Positions 59,033 through 64,000 of a stretch of DNA of 64,000 nucleotides are shown here, in pieces. How positions within the stretch are numbered: the stretch's first letter is position 1; each line of letters begins with the position of its first letter. The position numbers and the translations under genes are program-made. The notes under the pieces were generated by a model that saw nothing but the letters and a program-made list of their open reading frames with translations, did no database searches and was not told the DNA's origin. The stretch is from Terriglobia bacterium (GTDB lineage: Bacteria > Acidobacteriota > Terriglobia > 20CM-2-55-15), in contig CBDCLE010000026.1 of the NCBI GenBank assembly GCA_965218585.1, forward strand, positions 256,001 to 320,000. Reading direction: 5' to 3'.

Positions 59033-60448
59033 CTAGAGTGTGGGGTGGCTCTGGCTCCACGGTGTCGCACGTTCGTAGACCGCCCCGATCTGCAGTATTC
59101 GGGCTTCTGTCCAGGCGCGGCCGGCAATCTGGAGACCAATGGGCAGTCCCTCCGAGCTAAATCCGCAGGGCACAGAAACTGCAGGCGAACCTGTGAGGGA
59201 AAAAGGGGCGGTCAAACCGGCCAACAGCTCGAACTCATTGATGGACTTGCCATCGACGGTCGCGAACGGCTCGCCGATCGGGAAGGCAACAGCGCGGTTG
59301 GTCGGGGTGACCAGCGCGTCTAGATCGCTCATGATCCCATCGAGCTCCTGCCGCATGGCTGTCCGCAGCCGCTGCGCCCGGATGTAGTCGGTCGCAAGCA
59401 TCATTTCTCCGGGTTCAACTTTCCCCCGGACGTCCCCGTAGTCGTCGGCCCGCTTGCGGAGAAAGTCTGATTGAAAAGAAGCCGCTTCTGGCCTGCTCAG
59501 AAACGGGAAAATAGTTGTGGCTTGCGAGGCGCTCGGGAATCGAACCTCTCGAACAGTGGCGCCAAGGTCTCGAAACACGTCGATGGCCGCTTCGACGGCG
59601 GCCCGCACTTCCGGATCCAGGGGCTCGAACAAATACCCACGAGGCAACCCTATCCGAACTCCCCTCAAGTCGGTCTTCAATTCACGAGTGAAGTCGGGGA
59701 CTTCGACGTTTGTCGAACCCGAGTCCTTCGGGTCGTAGCCTGAAATCGAATTCAGGACGAGAGCGGTATCTTCTACCTCGCGCGTGATGGGACCTGCATG
59801 GTCGAGGCTCCAGGACAAGGGAACGGTTCCATACACGCTGACCCGCCCGAAGGTTGGCTTCAGACCCACCAGGCCACACAGGGATGCCGGATAACGGATC
59901 GATGCGATGGTGTCTGTTCCCAACGCTGCGTAACAGAAACCCGCTGAGACGGCTGCGGCTGACCCACCGCTCGACCCGCCCGGAATGCGGTCCAGTTTCC
60001 ATGGATTGTGCGTCGCGCCGTAGTGAGGATTCGTCGTCGTCCCCCCGAGCGCGAGCTCATGCATGTTGAGCTTGCCTGTGATGACGGCACCGGCAGCGCG
60101 AAGCCGCGAGACTGCGGTGCCGTCTTCGGCCGGAACAAAATCGGCCAGAAGCCTGGACCCGGCTGTCGTTGGGATCCCCTCGGTCCAGTAATTGTCTTTG
60201 AGCCCGATCGGAACTCCGTGCAGGGGGCCGCGGTACTTACCGGCAGAGATCTCGCTCTCTGCGCGGCGGGCGTCGTCCATCGCCCTGTCGAAGGTGGTAG
60301 TGATGTAGGCGTTTACCCGCGGCTCAACGGCATTGGTCCGCTCGATCGCGGCATTCAACACTTCGACAGGAGATAGTTCCCGCCGTGCGATACGTTCGGA
60401 TACCTGCTTGAGAGAGAGGTAGAAGACGTTCCCACCGCCGGGACTCAT
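59033..60448 (-). CDS. amidase-signature enzyme (GatA/AtzE-like)
   Basis: GVPIGLKD, GGSSGGS, GTDTIASIR, GLKPTFG. Confidence 0.9.
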   Translation of the reverse strand: MSPGGGNVFYLSLKQVSERIARRELSPVEVLNAAIERTNAVEPRVNAYITTTFDRAMDDARRAESEISAGKYRGPLHGVPIGLKDNYWTEGIPTTAGSRLLADFVPAEDGTAVSRLRAAGAVITGKLNMHELALGGTTTNPHYGATHNPWKLDRIPGGSSGGSAAAVSAGFCYAALGTDTIASIRYPASLCGLVGLKPTFGRVSVYGTVPLSWSLDHAGPITREVEDTALVLNSISGYDPKDSGSTNVEVPDFTRELKTDLRGVRIGLPRGYLFEPLDPEVRAAVEAAIDVFRDLGATVREVRFPSASQATTIFPFLSRPEAASFQSDFLRKRADDYGDVRGKVEPGEMMLATDYIRAQRLRTAMRQELDGIMSDLDALVTPTNRAVAFPIGEPFATVDGKSINEFELLAGLTAPFSLTGSPAVSVPCGFSSEGLPIGLQIAGRAWTEARILQIGAVYERATPWSQSHPTL

Positions 60449-60666
60449 TCCTGTTCGTCGCCGGCCTGCGGCACCGGAACCCGGAAGTTCAGATCCGGAG
60501 CCAGGTTTTCGTACCCATCAGGGCGCATCCCTCTTAACTTGGTCAGCGCGGGATCCAGATACCTGGCCAGGTCCCCGGCCCTGTCCGATTCGAGCGGCAA
60601 GCCAGCATATCGGGCTAATTCGGCTATAAGTTCAGGCGTCACTTTTTCGGTCATTTTGCTTTCCAA
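60445..60666 (-). CDS. small GatC/AtzG-like partner protein
   Basis: LARYAGL helix and P..NF tail; ATGA overlap with the amidase. Confidence 0.6.
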   Translation of the reverse strand: MESKMTEKVTPELIAELARYAGLPLESDRAGDLARYLDPALTKLRGMRPDGYENLAPDLNFRVPVPQAGDEQE

Positions 60667-60787
60667 CCCCTCACATCCTACACTGGCTCCACATGAGCCG
60701 CCAGGCTGATGCTGGCCTCATGGCTAAGGGCTGCGACTACTGCCTACCGGATCAATCCGAAGTCAGAAGCCCGATTGGAACGATCGA

Positions 60788-61363
60788 ATGAAACTCATCG
60801 TCGGCATTACAGGCGCAACCGGAACAATCCTTGGAGTCCGCCTGTTGGAAACACTTCGGCAATCCAAAATCGAAAGCCACCTCGTCATGAGCAAGTGGGG
60901 CGCGCGCACGCTTGCCCACGAGACCTCACATACGATCGATGAAGTCAAAGCACTCGCCACCCATACCTATCCCGAGAACGCTCAGGGCGCGCCCATTTCG
61001 AGCGGTTCGTTCGTCACCGATGGAATGATCGTCGCACCGTGCAGCGTCCGGTCCCTGGCGGCCATCGCCCATGGCCACGGAGACAATCTCATTCATCGCG
61101 CAGCCGACGTTGTGCTCAAGGAAAAACGGAAACTCGTTCTGATGGTCCGGGAATCACCGCTCGGTGAAATCCATCTCGAAAACATGTTGAAGCTCTCGCG
61201 GATGGGGGTTGTCATAGTTCCCCCGGTGCCCTCCTTCTACAACCGTCCCGAAAACCTGGACTCTGTCGTCGACCATATCGTTATGCGCGCCCTGGACCAG
61301 TTCGGCATTCACACAGAACTGTCAAAGCGATGGGACGGTAAACTCGGCGGAACTCGGCGGTAG
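60788..61363 (+). CDS. ubiX: flavin prenyltransferase UbiX
   Basis: GITGATG, ISSGSF, APCS, RAADVVLKE, RESP. Confidence 0.93.
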   Translation: MKLIVGITGATGTILGVRLLETLRQSKIESHLVMSKWGARTLAHETSHTIDEVKALATHTYPENAQGAPISSGSFVTDGMIVAPCSVRSLAAIAHGHGDNLIHRAADVVLKEKRKLVLMVRESPLGEIHLENMLKLSRMGVVIVPPVPSFYNRPENLDSVVDHIVMRALDQFGIHTELSKRWDGKLGGTRR

Positions 61364-61393
61364 GAGCTTGAGGCTGAACCAGGCAGGGATACG

Positions 61394-62461
61394 CTATGAC
61401 TCTTTCCGGCGCGCCCTGACGGCACCGGCAAGCTCGTCCAATACCGGGACCGTGTCTTCCCAGCCGATGCAGGCATCGGTAATGCTCTGGCCGTAGACCA
61501 GATCCTGGCCCGGTTCCAGATCCTGGCGGCCGCCTTTCAGATGGCTTTCAACCATCACACCGAATATCCGGGCGTCTCCGCCGGCGATCTGGGAGGCGAC
61601 GTCGCTGCCGACCTCGATCTGACGCATGTGTTCTTTCCGACTGTTGGAATGGCTCAGATCGATCATCACGCGTTCCCCCAGCCCGGCTTCCGCTAGCTGT
61701 TTGGACGCCCCGGCCACACTCGCTCGATCGTAGTTCGGTTCCTTGCCACCGCGCAGGATGAGATGACAGTCTTCGTTACCACTCGTCGATACGATCGCCG
61801 AGTGGCCGGCCTTGGTCACAGACAGAAAATGGTGCGGATTCTGGGAAGTTCGGATCGCGTCCACTGCGATCTTCAGATTACCGTCGGTTCCGTTCTTGAA
61901 CCCGACCGGGCACGACAACCCGGACGCAAGTTCTCTATGAACCTGGCTTTCAGTAGTGCGCGCGCCGATCGCTCCCCAACTCACCAGGTCGGCAATGTAT
62001 TGGGGTGAAATCATATCCAGGTATTCGACGCCCGCCGGCATCCCCATTTCGTTGAGTTCCAGAAGCAGCTGCCGGCCAATCCGTATACCCTCGTTGATCT
62101 GAAAACTGCCATCGAGGTGCGGATCGTTGATCAGGCCCTTCCAGCCGACGGTCGTCCGCGGCTTCTCAAAGTACACCCGCATGACGAGGAGTACATCTCC
62201 GGCCAGTCGATCTTTTTCGGCTTTGAGCCGCCCGGCATACTCGAGTGCAGCCCTCGGATCATGGATCGAACAGGGGCCCACGATCGCGAGTATCCGGTCG
62301 TCATCTCCATGCAGTATCTGATGAATCGCCTCGCGGGTCTCGTATGTAAGCTTCGCTACAGCCTCGGTGATGGGGAATTCGCGCAGCACGTGACTTGGAG
62401 GCGACAGCTCTTTGATTTCGGCAACGCGAAGGTCGTCGGTCCTGTGGAGCATCTCGGTCAT
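61394..62461 (-). CDS. aroG: class I-alpha DAHP synthase
   Basis: GPCSIHD, RVYFEKPRTTVGWKGLIND, IGARTTESQ, SITDAC. Confidence 0.92.
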   Translation of the reverse strand: MTEMLHRTDDLRVAEIKELSPPSHVLREFPITEAVAKLTYETREAIHQILHGDDDRILAIVGPCSIHDPRAALEYAGRLKAEKDRLAGDVLLVMRVYFEKPRTTVGWKGLINDPHLDGSFQINEGIRIGRQLLLELNEMGMPAGVEYLDMISPQYIADLVSWGAIGARTTESQVHRELASGLSCPVGFKNGTDGNLKIAVDAIRTSQNPHHFLSVTKAGHSAIVSTSGNEDCHLILRGGKEPNYDRASVAGASKQLAEAGLGERVMIDLSHSNSRKEHMRQIEVGSDVASQIAGGDARIFGVMVESHLKGGRQDLEPGQDLVYGQSITDACIGWEDTVPVLDELAGAVRARRKES

Positions 62462-62474
62462 AGTTCAATCGACC

Positions 62475-62480
62475 ATTATA
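62475..62480 (-). promoter_or_regulatory. -10 box for DAHP synthase gene (very short leader)
   Basis: TATAAT 13 nt upstream of the ATG; no obvious SD in between. Confidence 0.45.
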
Positions 62481-62516
62481 GACAAAACGGGATTGAAGTT
62501 TGTAATGGGTGGAGTG

Positions 62517-62736
62517 AAGGGGGCGTCTGAATGCGACCAACCATGATTCGATCGCCCCTTTTCATCAGTCATTCGACTGACGCCTCGGCTTTGCCTCGTT
62601 GTCCCCCCGCACGGAGGAACCGTGCGGGGCCTCTTGTTCTCTAGCGCACCATTCCGCTTCTTCCCAAGAGGGCTCGCGATCACGATGATCGCGAGCGTCG
62701 CCGGTCGTTCGGACAGGATGTCCGAATGAACGACCG
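62517..62736. other. array of about six closely spaced hairpins (structured RNA or repeat)
   Basis: Stems at 62517-62560, 62565-62580, 62605-62629, 62630-62671, 62672-62696, 62702-62736. Confidence 0.45.
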
Positions 62737-62789
62737 AGCGAAATCTTCCACGACCGCACACCTTCGCACTGTTAGGCCCCCCCCGATTC

Positions 62790-63197
62790 TCAAGTCTCTA
62801 ATCCGCCAATCGCCGCGTTCGCCACTTGCTCGTCCTCGGCGGACTTTACACCGCTCACACCGACAGCTCCGAGGACCTTACCGTCGACCACTACCGGAAC
62901 ACCTCCCTGGATTGGAACGATGCCGTCCACAGCCATGAAACCGGGCCGGGGACCTGTGACCATCTCCTCCACTTCCTTTGAAGTTCGGCTGAAATTGGCA
63001 GCTGTCCGTGCCTTTCCGATGGCCACGGCGAGGCTTCCGGTCTGGACCCCGTCCATCCTCTGGAACATGATCAGGTTCGCCGCTCGATCGACAATGGCAA
63101 CGGCAACCGTCCAGTTGTTATCGCGGGCCTCGACTTCAGCCGCCGCCATCATGGCCTGTGCGCCTTCTAACGTGATGAATTGATTAGTTCCAAGCAT
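62790..63197 (-). CDS. GlcG/HbpS family heme-binding protein
   Basis: VAIVD, RMDG, KARTA, GGVP, GAVGVSG..SAEDEQVA. Confidence 0.88.
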   Translation of the reverse strand: MLGTNQFITLEGAQAMMAAAEVEARDNNWTVAVAIVDRAANLIMFQRMDGVQTGSLAVAIGKARTAANFSRTSKEVEEMVTGPRPGFMAVDGIVPIQGGVPVVVDGKVLGAVGVSGVKSAEDEQVANAAIGGLET

Positions 63198-63370
63198 GCT
63201 TTTCGACTCCTTAGACAGATGGTCATTCGTAAGACTCCGGATAGAGGTGTTCGTTGCTATTGTGACGACTGATTCTGCCCTGAAACACGTGACCATTTCC
63301 ATAAGACACTGATATTACTCGCATTCGATGTCTGGACAGACTGTTGCACATTACTCCCCTGGAGCGCGAT

Positions 63371-63785
63371 ATGAAAACGCAGATTTCAGCAAACGAGTTA
63401 CTCAAGCGCTACACACGGACACTCCTGCCTACAGTGAGGCCCTCGCCCGGGGACGGTTTCCTATCTTCAGAGGGTCTGTCAGCAGCGAAAAGGATCGAAT
63501 CAGGGGCACGGTTGTCGAAAACATCCTCTGCCACAACGTCGTCGTCAAGAGCGAGATCGAAGAGCTGTCCGCCTGAGTTTCGACGAGCATTTCGGCAACG
63601 AACTCGGGAACCTCAATGAATTCGAAAGAGACGTCCTTGTAGGGATGGAATCGGGAACGATCAAGGTGACTCCGACAGGCCGCCTGTTCATCCGGCGAAT
63701 AGCCCAGGTTTTCGATCAGTATCACGCCGCAGCAGTCGCGTCCCAAACCGTAAAAAAAGGGGTCTTCCGAAAACCCTGCCATAGT
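63371..63785 (+). pseudogene. hemN: hemN remnant lacking the radical SAM core
   Basis: N-terminal ELLKRY joined out of frame to C-terminal PIFRG...DRIR...ILCH and KVTPTGRLFIRRIAQVFDQY. Confidence 0.7.
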
Positions 63786-63888
63786 CGTCAGAGTCCCCCT
63801 AAAATCTGCCGTTTCCGAGATCGGCTGTTGTATAGTTTTCGAGTCGCGACGCGGAAATTTTTTGTCTTTGTTGTCAGAAGGAACAGGT

Positions 63889-64000
63889 ATGAGTTCGAAT
63901 CACAGAAGGGAGCCCACTGGGATGAACCGGCGGACGTTCCTTGGGACAGGAGCAATGGCCGCGGCGGGTCTGCTTGTGGGTGGCAAGCCGGCAAACTACG
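63889..64000 (+). CDS. Tat-exported protein, 3'-partial at window edge
   Basis: MSSNHRREPTGMNRRTFLGTGAMAAAGLL twin-arginine signal; RBS AAGGAA. Confidence 0.65.
   Translation, partial: MSSNHRREPTGMNRRTFLGTGAMAAAGLLVGGKPANY

Noticed and set aside
59033-60666. Housekeeping gatC-gatA
   Set aside because: No gatB and lacks the GatA-typical DTGGSIRQP signature
62565-62759. Aromatic leader peptide for DAHP synthase attenuation
   Set aside because: Trp/Phe codons are scattered, no good RBS, and the gene has its own proximal -10 box
1-64000. rRNA, tRNA or CRISPR array
   Set aside because: No recognisable rRNA or tRNA motifs and no regularly spaced direct repeats with unique spacers; the repeats seen are dispersed REPs and IS ends

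Overview
64-kb bacterial chromosomal window, about 60% GC by eye. The gene inventory (DUF1592/DUF1552/ankyrin triad, Oar-like outer-membrane receptor, DUF5916 protein) suggests Acidobacteriota, which is inference only. It carries about 45 mostly metabolic/envelope genes (recQ, class-I DAHP synthase, ubiX, ligJ-like, two desaturases, M16 and M28 peptidases, HD-GYP, adenylate cyclase). Mobile DNA is dense: six IS copies (2x IS256, IS1182, 2x IS701, IS1380), two MITEs and a GTAG-type REP family. No rRNA, tRNA or CRISPR array was seen. Top lead: a tightly packed four-gene operon at 44.6-51.1 kb (MFS transporter, MerA-like disulfide reductase lacking the C-terminal Cys pair, Tes/GDGT-MAS-like multi-cluster radical SAM enzyme, ArsM-like methyltransferase). 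It resembles an undescribed organoarsenic or lipid-modification pathway, and an IS701 copy has cut off the first five codons of the radical SAM gene. Other leads: an OsmC-like selenoprotein (in-frame TGA plus SECIS-like hairpin), an ECF-promoter anti-Shine-Dalgarno sRNA candidate, a porin/cupredoxin/cyclase module hit by a MITE, a six-hairpin element near the DAHP synthase gene and a hemN remnant missing its catalytic core. All family calls come from motif recognition, not database searches.
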